Assembly (NCBI GenBank): GCA_036505875.1 | Contig: DASXSR010000360.1 | Span: 517 to 64,516, forward strand | Length of the DNA: 64,000 nucleotides | Direction: 5' to 3' | From: Blastocatellia bacterium | Lineage (GTDB): Bacteria > Acidobacteriota > Blastocatellia > UBA7656 | Part shown: positions 1 through 9,564 of the stretch, piece after piece | Layout: every line of letters starts with the position of its first letter | Numbering within the stretch: position 1 is the first letter of the stretch | Translations under genes and position numbers: made by a program | Notes under the pieces: model-generated | What the model saw: the letters and a program-made list of their open reading frames with translations, nothing else | The model's database searches: none | What the model was told of the DNA's origin: nothing

Positions 1-52
1 GAAAGTCGCTCCAGACCCCCACAAAACCCCCACACTCGAATTCAAGATATTC

Positions 53-376
53 TTACGCAGCTTTCGAGGTTTGGACTCGTTTGATGCGCTCGTATTCAGC
101 GCGTCGAGCGTGATGCGTGTCCCACAGATCAACGTCTTGCTGTAAGCCTAGCCACATCTCCGGCGAGGTCCCGAAAGCGCGCGCCAAGCGATGGGCCATG
201 TCAGTAGTAACGGGTCTCCGTTCGTGTAGAATCTCGCTAATAGTCCGTCGCGAGACGCCAAGCAAGCGCGCAAGCTTGTCCTGCGTCAGTCCCGCTGCCG
301 GCAAAACATCCTCGCGCAGAATCTCGCCGGGATGCGTCGGTCGTCTCTTTCGATTGTTCAGCCAATTGTTCGCCAT
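53..376 (-). CDS. higA: HigA-family antitoxin / XRE-type HTH DNA-binding protein (addiction module antidote)
   Basis: 107 aa; the motif LTQDKLARLLGVSRRTISEILHERRPVT is a typical HigA/XRE helix-turn-helix. No partner toxin ORF is visible inside the window. Confidence 0.7.
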   Translation of the reverse strand: MANNWLNNRKRRPTHPGEILREDVLPAAGLTQDKLARLLGVSRRTISEILHERRPVTTDMAHRLARAFGTSPEMWLGLQQDVDLWDTHHARRAEYERIKRVQTSKAA

Positions 377-429
377 CGTTCAAATCCTTAGTGATAATCT
401 TCAACGTGACGAGTTACATTAGGCAAGAA

Positions 430-504
<75 letters not shown>

Positions 505-586
505 ATTCTTCAAAAAGCCATCGTCAGACTAAAGAGGCGAAGGCAACTCGCGCGGGCCGCTTGAGTCTGTCCTTCGCCCTTGAACC

Positions 587-663
<77 letters not shown>

Positions 664-748
664 CGGCGAATTAGATTCTATCCGCCATAATTTCATTCTG
701 TCAAACCAATGACCAATTCAAAAGCCTGCGCCTGAGCTCCGAGTCGCG

Positions 749-1249
749 TTATCGGAACTTCAACTTCATCACCAGCGCGTCCTCTTGCGGAGAACGGTAA
801 TAGTCCCGGCGCCGGCCCGCAAATCTGAATCCCAGACTCTTGTACAACGACTGCGCCATTTCGTTTGAAGCCCTCACTTCAAGCAGGACTTGAGCCGCGC
901 CTCGCCGCCGAGCCTCGTCAAGAGCGGCCTCCATCAATCTTCGACCGATTCCCATCCTGCGATACTCGCGACGCGCGGCGACATTGTTAACGTGCAACTC
1001 GTCTTCCACAATCCAACCCGCAAAGAACCCGATCACGTCCGGTCCGGGATAGAAGTTGCGAGCGACGAACATGACCGAATTCGGATTGGTGAACAGCTCC
1101 TGCCTGTATGAGTCGTAACCCCAGCGGTTCAGCCCGCTGGTTTCTTCGATCTCGACCACTTCGATCAAATCACGTTCGCGCATCGGCTCGATCGCGTAGG
1201 ACTTGAAGATCGGCTGGTGTTCGCTGTTTGTTGCTTTACTCGTCGACAT
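749..1249 (-). CDS. rimI: GNAT N-acetyltransferase, ribosomal-protein-alanine acetyltransferase RimI-like
   Basis: 166 aa; GNAT motifs RRMGIGRRLMEAALDEARRRGAAQVLLEVRASNEMAQSLYKSLGF. It sits immediately beside tsaB, a common rimI-tsaB arrangement. Confidence 0.7.
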   Translation of the reverse strand: MSTSKATNSEHQPIFKSYAIEPMRERDLIEVVEIEETSGLNRWGYDSYRQELFTNPNSVMFVARNFYPGPDVIGFFAGWIVEDELHVNNVAARREYRRMGIGRRLMEAALDEARRRGAAQVLLEVRASNEMAQSLYKSLGFRFAGRRRDYYRSPQEDALVMKLKFR

Positions 1250-1272
1250 ACAGAAACCCGTACTAGACCGAG

Positions 1273-2040
1273 CTACTCGGAACCGATGCTCCGTTTGATC
1301 TTAGAACCAAGAAGCCCCAACGACAACTTTATTTCTGCTTCTGAGGGCCGAACATAACAAGCCCTCAAGGTTTCCGGTGTCTCCACCTCGCCGCGCGCAT
1401 ACTTCAAAAAGGCAAGTCCCGCGATCGCCTCGGCATAGCAGGGGGGCTGTCCCGCGAGTCGATTGCCCACGTGCGCCAGATCCGGAGCTTCCGCTCCGTC
1501 GCCGGCAAACGTAACCGTCTTCACACCAGCGACACGCTCGAGCGCAAGTTTGAAGCTTGAGACCATGGGTTCGTTTTGAGCGACGGGCACGCCGTCGCGG
1601 TCGAATGAGAACAACTGAGAATATACTTCGCACTTGTATGCGTTCACCAGCGCGCAAACCTCAGTCGCAGGCCGCGCGCCAAAAGCCGCCGCTTCGAGGG
1701 AAGTGATGCCAACAATCGATTTGTTGGTGGCCGAGGCTAGCCCCTTCATCGCAGCCATCCCAACCCTCAGCCCTGTGAATCCACCCGGCCCACGACACAC
1801 CGCAAACAAATCCACATCGCTTGTTGCGACGCCGACTTGTGTCAGCAGCGACTGAATTTCGGTCCACAGTTTCTCTGAGCGTTTTTCATCCGCCGGCGTG
1901 CGAACGGAATTCAACAAGGCAGCGCCTTTGGCAACGGCGATGCTCGTCGCTTTGGTCGACGTGTCAAGCGCGAGAATGATCGGTTCTGATATTGTGAATT
2001 CTTTATTGCTCAAGGACTCTGAACAAGTTTGACCTGTCAA
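1273..2040 (-). CDS. tsaB: tRNA threonylcarbamoyladenosine biosynthesis protein TsaB (YeaZ family)
   Basis: 255 aa; ILALDTSTKATSIAVAKGAALL plus the Kae1/YeaZ ASKH fold signature GPGGFTGLRVG. The true start is probably downstream of the first ATG. Confidence 0.75.
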   Translation of the reverse strand: MTGQTCSESLSNKEFTISEPIILALDTSTKATSIAVAKGAALLNSVRTPADEKRSEKLWTEIQSLLTQVGVATSDVDLFAVCRGPGGFTGLRVGMAAMKGLASATNKSIVGITSLEAAAFGARPATEVCALVNAYKCEVYSQLFSFDRDGVPVAQNEPMVSSFKLALERVAGVKTVTFAGDGAEAPDLAHVGNRLAGQPPCYAEAIAGLAFLKYARGEVETPETLRACYVRPSEAEIKLSLGLLGSKIKRSIGSE

Positions 2041-2114
2041 CAGGCGATTATATATTCTGCCTGTGGCCGAAACAACCTACTGGCCGTTGGCCACTGACCT
2101 ACTGACAACTAATC

Positions 2115-4781
2115 ATGCAGCCACCTACGCCAATGCTCAGGCAGTATCAGGAGATCAAGCGACAGCATCCGGGCACGCTCCTGTTCTTTCGGCTCGGTGA
2201 TTTTTACGAGTTGTTCTTCGACGACGCGATGATCGGCTCGAAGGAGCTCGAGATCACGCTGACCGCTCGTCATCGCGAGCGCGGAAATCCAGTGCCGATG
2301 TGTGGCGTACCTTACCACGCGGCAGGAGGCTACATTGCCAAGCTAGTGCGCAAGGGCTATCGAGTCGCAATTTGCGATCAGACAGAAGACCCGAAGAAAA
2401 CAACCAAGCTCGTGCGCCGCGAGGTCGTGCGGGTTATCACGCCGGGAACGGCCATCGATTCGCAGTTGCTTGACGCTCGAGAGAACAGCTACCTGGCGTC
2501 GGTGGTCGGCGCCGGCTCGGGGATGGCGGCAGCGTTTTTGGACGTGTCCACAGGTGAGTTCCTTGCGGTTCAGTTCACCGGCGAGACAGCCTGGCAGCGA
2601 GTGCTCGAGCAGGTAGAGTCCTTCGGTCCGCGCGAGATCATCTTTCCAAAATCTCTCGAGCCCTTGTTCAAATCCGGGCAGAAGACAGAGGCTTTAAACA
2701 ACGACCTTACAGCCGAAGTCGATGCAGCGACAGGCGGGTTTAGCTTCTCGGGATACCAACCCGCGCTGAATCCTGTCGATGAATGGTTTTTCTCATTCGA
2801 GCGCGCGCGAGAACTGCTGCTATCTCACTTCGATGTTGCGTCGCTTGAAGGTTTCGGTCTTGGCGGGCGGGATCTGGCGGTCGCCGCGGCGGGTGGCGTG
2901 CTTCACTACGTTCGCGAGACACAGAAAGACAAGGCAGCACACATCACCGGACTGTCTCACTTCGAGCCGAGCGACTATCTGATCCTCGACCAAACAACAG
3001 TGCGCAATCTCGAACTGGTCGAAGCGCTTGACGGCTCGCGAACACGGACACTCATTGGAGTGATCGATGAAACAATCACCGGCATGGGTTCGCGACTGCT
3101 GAAGAGTTGGCTTCTGCGGCCTTCGATGAAACTGGGCGAATTGAACGCGCGCCTGGACGCGGTTCAAGAATTAAGGAACGCGTTGATCTTGCGGGATCGG
3201 CTGCGTTCTGAGCTCAAGAGCATAGTCGATCTGGAACGTTTGATGTCGCGCATAAGTCTTGGCCGGGCCAACGCTCGGGATCTGGTCGCGCTGAAAACCT
3301 CGGCGGATTCAATACCTCACATCAAAGAGATGCTCGCTGATGCGACGGCTTCGCTGCTTGAAGTGGCGGCCGAGAACCTGGATGAGCTTCAGGACCTGCG
3401 CGGGTTGATCGGTAACAGCATCGCTGAGGATCCGCCTGCGACGCTGACCGATGGAGGTTACATTCGCGAAGGCTACAACACGGAGCTTGACGAGTTACGC
3501 GGCCTTGCGACATCCAGCAAGAGCTTCATCGCAGGCATTGAATCGCGCGAACGAGCGCGAACGGGCATCTCATCGCTCAAGGTCAAGTTCAACAACGTGT
3601 TCGGCTACTTCATCGAAGTCAGCAAGTCAAACTTGAAGAGCGTGCCGGGGGACTATGAGCGCAAGCAGACGCTCGCCAACGCCGAGCGCTACACCACGCC
3701 CGAGTTAAAAGAATATGAGGCGAAGGTGCTGGGAGCCGAAGAACGAATCAGCGAGATCGAGCAGCAGCTTTTTGCTGAGATCAGACAAGCCGTCTCGGTT
3801 GAGACAAAACGGGTGCAAGCGGTCGCTCACGCGCTTGCAATTCTCGACGTTCTGTTGTCGCTTGCCGAAGTAGCCGCTCGGCGAAACTACTGCCGACCTG
3901 TGCTTACCGAAGACGACGAGATCTACATAAGAACGGGTCGCCATCCAGTGATCGAAGCAACGGGCGAACGATTTATTCCTAACGATACATATTTGAACAA
4001 CTCAACCGATCGGTTGTTGATCATTACTGGTCCGAACATGGGCGGAAAATCCGTCTATCTCAGACAAGCCGCGTTGATTGCGATTCTCGCTCAGATCGGC
4101 TCTTTCGTGCCGGCAGAAGAGGCGCGCGTCGCGATTCTCGATCGGGTGTTCACTCGCGTTGGGGCGTCGGATAGCCTGGCGCGAGGACGCTCGACTTTCA
4201 TGGTCGAGATGACCGAGACCGCGAATATTCTGAACACCGCGACGCCGCGAAGCCTGATTCTGCTTGATGAAGTAGGCCGAGGCACCTCGACCTTTGATGG
4301 TTTGTCGTTGGCCTGGGCGATTGCTGAATACCTTCACGACAATCCACAGCACGCAGCAAAGACATTGTTCGCGACGCACTATCACGAGATGACTGAGCTT
4401 GCGAAGCTCCTGCCGGGTGTTCGCAACTATCAGATGGCAGTCAAGGAATCGGGCGGCACGATTGTTTTTCTGCGACGTGTGGTCGAAGGCACAGCCTCGA
4501 AGTCTTATGGAATCGAAGTGGCTCGCCTTGCGGGTTTGCCTCGGACGGTGACCGAACGAGCCAGAGAGATTCTTTCAAACCTTGAAGCTAATGAGTTGGA
4601 TGTGATGGGCAAGCCAAAGTTCGCTCGACATCTGCCGTCTCGAAAGGCCGCGCCTCAACCGACGTTGTTTGAAGCTGCGAATGATGCAGTGGTTGACGAG
4701 CTGCGGAATCTCGACACGGGGTCGCTTGCGCCGGACCAGGCTGTGGATGTTTTGAGGCGCCTGAAGGAACGATTGATGTAA
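2115..4781 (+). CDS. mutS: DNA mismatch repair protein MutS
   Basis: 888 aa; N-terminal TPMLRQYQEIKRQHPGTLLFFRLGDFYELFFDDA; Walker A GPNMGGKS; ST-FMVEM; the C-terminal HTH-like region is present. Confidence 0.95.
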   Translation: MQPPTPMLRQYQEIKRQHPGTLLFFRLGDFYELFFDDAMIGSKELEITLTARHRERGNPVPMCGVPYHAAGGYIAKLVRKGYRVAICDQTEDPKKTTKLVRREVVRVITPGTAIDSQLLDARENSYLASVVGAGSGMAAAFLDVSTGEFLAVQFTGETAWQRVLEQVESFGPREIIFPKSLEPLFKSGQKTEALNNDLTAEVDAATGGFSFSGYQPALNPVDEWFFSFERARELLLSHFDVASLEGFGLGGRDLAVAAAGGVLHYVRETQKDKAAHITGLSHFEPSDYLILDQTTVRNLELVEALDGSRTRTLIGVIDETITGMGSRLLKSWLLRPSMKLGELNARLDAVQELRNALILRDRLRSELKSIVDLERLMSRISLGRANARDLVALKTSADSIPHIKEMLADATASLLEVAAENLDELQDLRGLIGNSIAEDPPATLTDGGYIREGYNTELDELRGLATSSKSFIAGIESRERARTGISSLKVKFNNVFGYFIEVSKSNLKSVPGDYERKQTLANAERYTTPELKEYEAKVLGAEERISEIEQQLFAEIRQAVSVETKRVQAVAHALAILDVLLSLAEVAARRNYCRPVLTEDDEIYIRTGRHPVIEATGERFIPNDTYLNNSTDRLLIITGPNMGGKSVYLRQAALIAILAQIGSFVPAEEARVAILDRVFTRVGASDSLARGRSTFMVEMTETANILNTATPRSLILLDEVGRGTSTFDGLSLAWAIAEYLHDNPQHAAKTLFATHYHEMTELAKLLPGVRNYQMAVKESGGTIVFLRRVVEGTASKSYGIEVARLAGLPRTVTERAREILSNLEANELDVMGKPKFARHLPSRKAAPQPTLFEAANDAVVDELRNLDTGSLAPDQAVDVLRRLKERLM

Positions 4782-4803
4782 CACTACTGCCAGGCGCGAC
4801 TCG

Positions 4804-5574
4804 ATGAAAATCACCGCAACAGTCATTACCTTCAACGAAGAGCACAACATCGCCGCCGCGCTCGAATCTCTGTCGTGGGCCGACGAGATCATCGTCGTCG
4901 ATTCGGAGAGCACTGATCGCACGGTCGAGATCGCTCGAAGCTTCACCGATCGCGTGTTTGTGCGACCTTGGCCTGGTTATTCTGCTCAAAAGAACTTCGC
5001 CGCGCACCAAGCAGTCAACGATTGGATCTTGAGTCTCGACGCGGACGAACGAATTTCTCCCGAGTTGGCTCGCGAGATAGAGCAGCTCAAGCAACGCGAC
5101 GAACCGACAGCGTCGGCATTCGAGATGCCACGTTTAACGTTTTATCTGGGACGTTGGATCAAGCATTCGGGCTGGCGGCCAGATTACAAGCTGCGCCTCT
5201 ATGATCGAAGATGTGGCCGCTGGCGGGGCGACTACGTGCACGAGACTCTTGAATTAGACGGAAAAGTGGAAAGGCTTGCCGGAAACATCCTGCACTACAC
5301 GGTGCGCGATGCATCCGAGCATCACTTGAGGATGGATCGTTACACCACGCTGGCTGCGAAGCAGGCTTATGCGCAAGGCAAACGAGCCACGTACATCCAA
5401 CTGTCACTCTCGCCGGTAGCAGCGTTCCTGAGCTCCTATTTTTTCAAGCTGGGCTTCCTCGACGGCGTAGCGGGGCTGGCAATCGCGCGCTTCGCCGCGC
5501 ATTACGAGTTCCTGAAGAAGCTCAAACTATGGGAGATGAGGAAGGCAGACAATAGACGGGATTCGCAGGCTTGA
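4804..5574 (+). CDS. Glycosyltransferase family 2
   Basis: 256 aa; VITFNEEHNIAAALESLSWADEIIVVDSESTDRT and LDADE are the GT-A DXD signatures. Confidence 0.85.
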   Translation: MKITATVITFNEEHNIAAALESLSWADEIIVVDSESTDRTVEIARSFTDRVFVRPWPGYSAQKNFAAHQAVNDWILSLDADERISPELAREIEQLKQRDEPTASAFEMPRLTFYLGRWIKHSGWRPDYKLRLYDRRCGRWRGDYVHETLELDGKVERLAGNILHYTVRDASEHHLRMDRYTTLAAKQAYAQGKRATYIQLSLSPVAAFLSSYFFKLGFLDGVAGLAIARFAAHYEFLKKLKLWEMRKADNRRDSQA

Positions 5575-5715
5575 GAACTTCGTTTGTAAGATGTCTCGCT
5601 GTGGTGTTATACAAAAGAAATCTGACCGAAGCATAGACGAAATCCATAATCGGGTTATGGCTTGGAAGAGCAGACAAAAATAAACCAACTGCATAACGAG
5701 TGAGTTTGGGCGCAA

Positions 5716-6426
5716 ATGCGAAATATGCGAAAAACAGTTTTCCTCATCGTACTGTTTTCCCTTGCTTTAGTTTGCCAGGCAGAGGACCGACCAGGGCGCT
5801 TTTGGCTTAGAGTGCTCAGCGAGAAGGGCAAACAGATTAAACCAGTTAACGGAATCGTTCCTTGGAAAAGCTCTTCACGATTACGGCTCGTAGTCTGCTT
5901 GCGAGCGGCGAACCTCTCTGACGGATCTGAAAGCCTGGACATTCGTTCTCTCAACCAACATCCTGACTATTGGGAACATAGACCGCCAGCCAACGTAACA
6001 CTCAAGGTTGAGCGCCTTAACGGGAATTCGTCTGCTAAGCAAAAGACTCGTGTTTACTCTCCTGGCGGCGGTGTGAACCTGCATAGGCATGAGCTTTATG
6101 TTGATTTGGATATACTTGAGGCCGATCCCATTAGGGAGTCCAAATTACGTGAAATTGCACAATGGTTCTATCGTGCGCGCGAAAAGAATCCTGCTCTTCC
6201 ACCGATCGAACAGGAGCCTTATCTTACCGGAATCATTTCTTACCTAGATGAGTCGTACATTTATATCCCGCCCGGCCGCTACCGTATTGTCGCTCACTTC
6301 CGACCGAACACACGTAGTATTTGGCCGGTCGATTTAGATAGTGAACCGCTTACAATCGACGTTGAGCAGGCGGGCGATTCTCTTGAAAAGCTAAAGAAGG
6401 GATTAATGGAGAACATCAATAAATAA
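5716..6426 (+). CDS. Secreted hypothetical protein in a low-GC island
   Basis: 236 aa; N-terminal signal peptide MRKTVFLIVLFSLALVCQA; no recognisable domain. The surrounding 5580-6430 region is visibly more AT-rich than its flanks. Confidence 0.5.
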   Translation: MRNMRKTVFLIVLFSLALVCQAEDRPGRFWLRVLSEKGKQIKPVNGIVPWKSSSRLRLVVCLRAANLSDGSESLDIRSLNQHPDYWEHRPPANVTLKVERLNGNSSAKQKTRVYSPGGGVNLHRHELYVDLDILEADPIRESKLREIAQWFYRAREKNPALPPIEQEPYLTGIISYLDESYIYIPPGRYRIVAHFRPNTRSIWPVDLDSEPLTIDVEQAGDSLEKLKKGLMENINK

Positions 6427-6432
6427 TCCCTG

Positions 6433-7575
6433 TCAATCTGCTCTATCCAGGTCCGCGATTACTTCCATGTATAGCGATTCGATTCGATCGATGATCTGCT
6501 CGCGTCCGAATCGAATATAAACATCTCGCTGGCCTTGCGCGGCCAATCTCTCGCGAAGCGGCGCGTCAGAAACCAACCACAGCAGCTTGTCAGATAACGC
6601 GCGAACGTCGCGCACGGGAAAGAGCAGCCCGGTTGTGTTGTCTTTTATTATCCCGGCAATGCCGCCGACGTTCGACGCCAGCACCGCACGGCGCGCAGCC
6701 AGCGCTTCGATCGTCACCAGCGAGAAGCCTTCATCCCACGACGGAACGACTACCACGTCTACCGCCGCTAGCAGCTGAGGTATATGACGAACGTGACCCA
6801 TAAACCTGAACTTGTCCCCGACGCCTAATGACGCCGCGAGCTGCTTCAGGCTTCCGGTGAAAGTCTGTTCCTCTTCCTGTTCTTCGCCCACAATCAAAAA
6901 CTCCACGTCCGAGCGCATGCGCCCAACAGTTGCCGCAGCCCTAAAGAATTCTTCCTGACCCTTTGCCGGAGTCACCTGTCCGATGCACGCGACGACTATG
7001 TTGGCTCGCAGCCGAAACATAGCTCGCGCGGCATCGCGATCGATCGGCTTGAAGCGCTCGGGATCGATCCAGTTCGGTAAAGTGTGGACGCGCTCGGCCG
7101 GGAGCGCGAGTCGCTCAATGACTGACTCACGCACACTGTCGGATACCGCGATGACTGCCGACACGTCGCGCAGCATCCAGCGATAAAGCGCGTTGCGCTT
7201 GAGCGGCAAGTAATGATGCCGAGTCAAGATCAGTTTGACGCCCTTAGTTTGTCGGCAGGCCAGCGCCGCGACAAGGTAGTCGCGGCCCATGTGGGCATGC
7301 ACGATGTCAATGCCGTGCTCGTTGACCAGCTCAGCGATCTCGCGCGCGGACTGGAGGTCGAGCGAGTTCCGAAGCGGCATCTCGTGCCATGACGCGATCA
7401 CTCCGGCCAGCGCGCCCCGCAAAGGGCTGTCGGGTCTGACAGCCAAATAAACCGCGTGCCCACGTTCAGTCAATCCGCGCACAAGATCGGCGACATGGAC
7501 TTCGCCACCTCCCATCTCGCTCGCCGAACAAACCTGGAGGATTTTCATGTGAGCCTTCGAAATGTCGGCAATCAC
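6433..7575 (-). CDS. Glycosyltransferase family 4 (GT-B, group 1)
   Basis: 380 aa; MKILQVCSASEMGGGEVHVADL at the N terminus and a C-terminal EGFSLVTIEALAARRAVLASNVGG with the E-x7-E motif region. Confidence 0.85.
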   Translation of the reverse strand: MIADISKAHMKILQVCSASEMGGGEVHVADLVRGLTERGHAVYLAVRPDSPLRGALAGVIASWHEMPLRNSLDLQSAREIAELVNEHGIDIVHAHMGRDYLVAALACRQTKGVKLILTRHHYLPLKRNALYRWMLRDVSAVIAVSDSVRESVIERLALPAERVHTLPNWIDPERFKPIDRDAARAMFRLRANIVVACIGQVTPAKGQEEFFRAAATVGRMRSDVEFLIVGEEQEEEQTFTGSLKQLAASLGVGDKFRFMGHVRHIPQLLAAVDVVVVPSWDEGFSLVTIEALAARRAVLASNVGGIAGIIKDNTTGLLFPVRDVRALSDKLLWLVSDAPLRERLAAQGQRDVYIRFGREQIIDRIESLYMEVIADLDRAD

Positions 7576-7642
7576 AATACTGCGCGATTAGGATTTTCGC
7601 CATAGCCTCAAGAACCCTTCTGGAACCCGAAGTGCTTTAGTT

Positions 7643-7837
7643 GTGAGAGTGATGGCGAAAGCCCAACGCAAATTGCGATGGTGGCTCTCAGCAGACGGCG
7701 AAATCTGTTCTGAATGCGGGCAGTCGTACGCATATGAAACGGAGTACCGGTGCGTTGCGTGCGATCTCCCAGTCTGTTCACTGTGCGCTGACGGCGGCGC
7801 AAGCGAGTTGTTTTGTATCCATTGCGAGAGCTTCTAA
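7643..7837 (+). CDS. Small double zinc-ribbon protein (four CxxC pairs)
   Basis: 64 aa; CSEC...CVAC...CSLC...CIHC. Its stop lies 9 nt before the start of the first Ku gene, on the same strand. Confidence 0.45.
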   Translation: MRVMAKAQRKLRWWLSADGEICSECGQSYAYETEYRCVACDLPVCSLCADGGASELFCIHCESF

Positions 7838-7846
7838 AGGCGGTGA

Positions 7847-8638
7847 TTGAGAATGTCCGCTCGCGCAATCTGGAAAGCTAAGCTGAAACTAAACGGGACA
7901 CGCATTCCAGTTGACTTGTATTCGGCTGTAGCGGATCGAACCGTTCATTTCAACATCCTCGAGGAGAAAACAATGACCCGGGTCAAACAGCACATGGTTG
8001 ATCCGGAGTCAGGAAAGGAAGTTCCCGCTGACGAGATTCGCAAGGCCTACCAGGTCGAGCCTGGCACGTTTGTAATCCTGAACGACGACGAGCTTGAGAG
8101 CCTCGAGCCTGAACCTTCGCGCGAGATTGAAATAACCCACTTTGTGCCGCCCGCAAGTGTTGATGCTCAAATGTTTGAGCGCCCTTATTATCTCGGACCC
8201 GACGGAGATCAGGAGGCATATTTCGCGCTCGCCGAGGCGCTTAACAGCAAAGGGAAAGAAGGGATCGCGCGGTGGATTATGCGTAAGAAGGAGTACTCGG
8301 GTGTCCTGCGTGCAGAAGGAGATTATCTCTTTCTCGTGACTCTGCGAGATCCGAAACAAGTTGTTTCAGCGAAAGACCTTCCGACGCACGCCGGGCGCGA
8401 CTTGGATCAGAAGGAACTGAAGATGGCTACGCAGCTTGTCGAAGCGCTCGAAGGCGACTTCGATCCCACTGAGTTTCGCGACGAGTATCGTGACCGAGTG
8501 CTTGAGTTCATCGAAAGGAAAGCGAAGTCCAAAGCGCCCAAGCTGCATGTCGTGCGATCAAAACGCGCGACGACCTCGCTTGAAAGCGCGCTCGACAGAA
8601 GCATCAAGCAGTTGAAGAAGGAGAAGAAGGCTGCCTAA
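7847..8638 (+). CDS. ku: Ku protein (non-homologous end joining), paralog 1
   Basis: 263 aa; AIWKAKLKLNGTRIPVDLYSAV...NILEEKTMTRVKQHMVDPESGKEV...QMFERPYYLGPDGDQEAYFALAEAL is the canonical bacterial Ku core, followed by a Lys-rich C-terminal tail. Confidence 0.9.
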   Translation: MRMSARAIWKAKLKLNGTRIPVDLYSAVADRTVHFNILEEKTMTRVKQHMVDPESGKEVPADEIRKAYQVEPGTFVILNDDELESLEPEPSREIEITHFVPPASVDAQMFERPYYLGPDGDQEAYFALAEALNSKGKEGIARWIMRKKEYSGVLRAEGDYLFLVTLRDPKQVVSAKDLPTHAGRDLDQKELKMATQLVEALEGDFDPTEFRDEYRDRVLEFIERKAKSKAPKLHVVRSKRATTSLESALDRSIKQLKKEKKAA

Positions 8639-8684
8639 ACGAGCTGAAAAGAACGGCGACGAAGAACGTAGCGGTGCTAGGCCA

Positions 8685-9452
8685 ATGTGGTCCGGAACAA
8701 TCACGTTCGGATTGGTCAGCGTCCCGGTCAACCTGTATCCGGCGACCCGAGCCAGCCGTTCTTCGTTGCGCATGGTTGGACCTGAAGGCGTGCCGCTGAG
8801 CCGGCGATACTACTCACAAGAGAGCGGACGCGATCTCGACGACGATCAGATGATTCGAGGATACGAAATCGAAAAAGGAAAGTACGTGCCTGTTACCGAT
8901 GAGGAACTTGAACGCCTGGAACCCAAGAAGAGTCGCGACATCGATGTCCGGCGTTTCGTCGAGCAGGATTCCATCCCGCCGATCTACTTCGAACACGGTT
9001 ACTTCCTTACGCCTGGAGGAGAGACCGAAAAGGCTTATCGTCTGCTCGCCGAAACGATGGAGAAGGAGGGTCGCGCGGGGATCGCTACCTTTGTGATGCG
9101 CGGGAAAGAATATCTGGTCGCGATCTTTTCCGAGAACGGAATACTTCGCGCGGAGACCCTAAGGTTCGCCGACGAGTTGCGTTCGCCAAAAGAAATCGGG
9201 CTGCCGGGCAAAAAGAAAAGCCCTCCGAAGGCAGTCGTCAGACGATTCGAAAAGTTGATAGAGAAAAAATCTGAGAGCAAGCCGACACTGAGGGAGATCA
9301 AGGATGAAGAAACCGAGCGGCTTCTGAAGCTGGTCAAGAAGAAGCTGTCGAAGGGCAAAGACGTTGTCGAGATCGAGCCCGAGAAGGACGAAGAAGGCAA
9401 AGTTGTGGACATTATGGACGTGCTCAAGAAGAGCATCGCTGCGAAAGCCTGA
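8685..9452 (+). CDS. ku: Ku protein (non-homologous end joining), paralog 2
   Basis: 255 aa; MWSGTITFGLVSVPVNLYPAT...IYFEHGYFLTPGGETEKAYRLLAETM; Lys/Glu-rich C-terminal tail. Confidence 0.9.
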   Translation: MWSGTITFGLVSVPVNLYPATRASRSSLRMVGPEGVPLSRRYYSQESGRDLDDDQMIRGYEIEKGKYVPVTDEELERLEPKKSRDIDVRRFVEQDSIPPIYFEHGYFLTPGGETEKAYRLLAETMEKEGRAGIATFVMRGKEYLVAIFSENGILRAETLRFADELRSPKEIGLPGKKKSPPKAVVRRFEKLIEKKSESKPTLREIKDEETERLLKLVKKKLSKGKDVVEIEPEKDEEGKVVDIMDVLKKSIAAKA

Positions 9453-9456
9453 AGGG

Positions 9457-9541
9457 TCGTAGTACGGCCTTCAGGCGGAAGTTCGTATTCCCGAGTTTCG
9501 CGCGGTTATGTACAAACCTCCGCCTGAAGGCCGTACTACGA
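9457..9541. repeat. Perfect 23-bp inverted repeat (TCGTAGTACGGCCTTCAGGCGGA ... TCCGCCTGAAGGCCGTACTACGA) with a 39-nt loop; candidate terminator or operator
   Basis: Read directly from the sequence between the ku2 stop and the BON gene. The ATG at 9508 that the ORF track uses lies inside the loop. Confidence 0.6.
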
Positions 9542-9564
9542 GCTTGCAAGGGAGGAACAAACTA

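Noticed and set aside
5527-5954. Small minus-strand ORFs (62 and 99 aa) in the AT-rich patch
   Set aside because: They overlap the 3' end of the GT2 gene or the better-supported plus-strand secreted ORF, and have no motifs.
9508-9564. ATG at 9508 used by the ORF track as the start of the BON-domain gene
   Set aside because: It lies inside the loop of the 23-bp perfect palindrome and lacks an RBS. The ATG at 9565 is preceded by GGGAGG and begins a proper hydrophobic N terminus.
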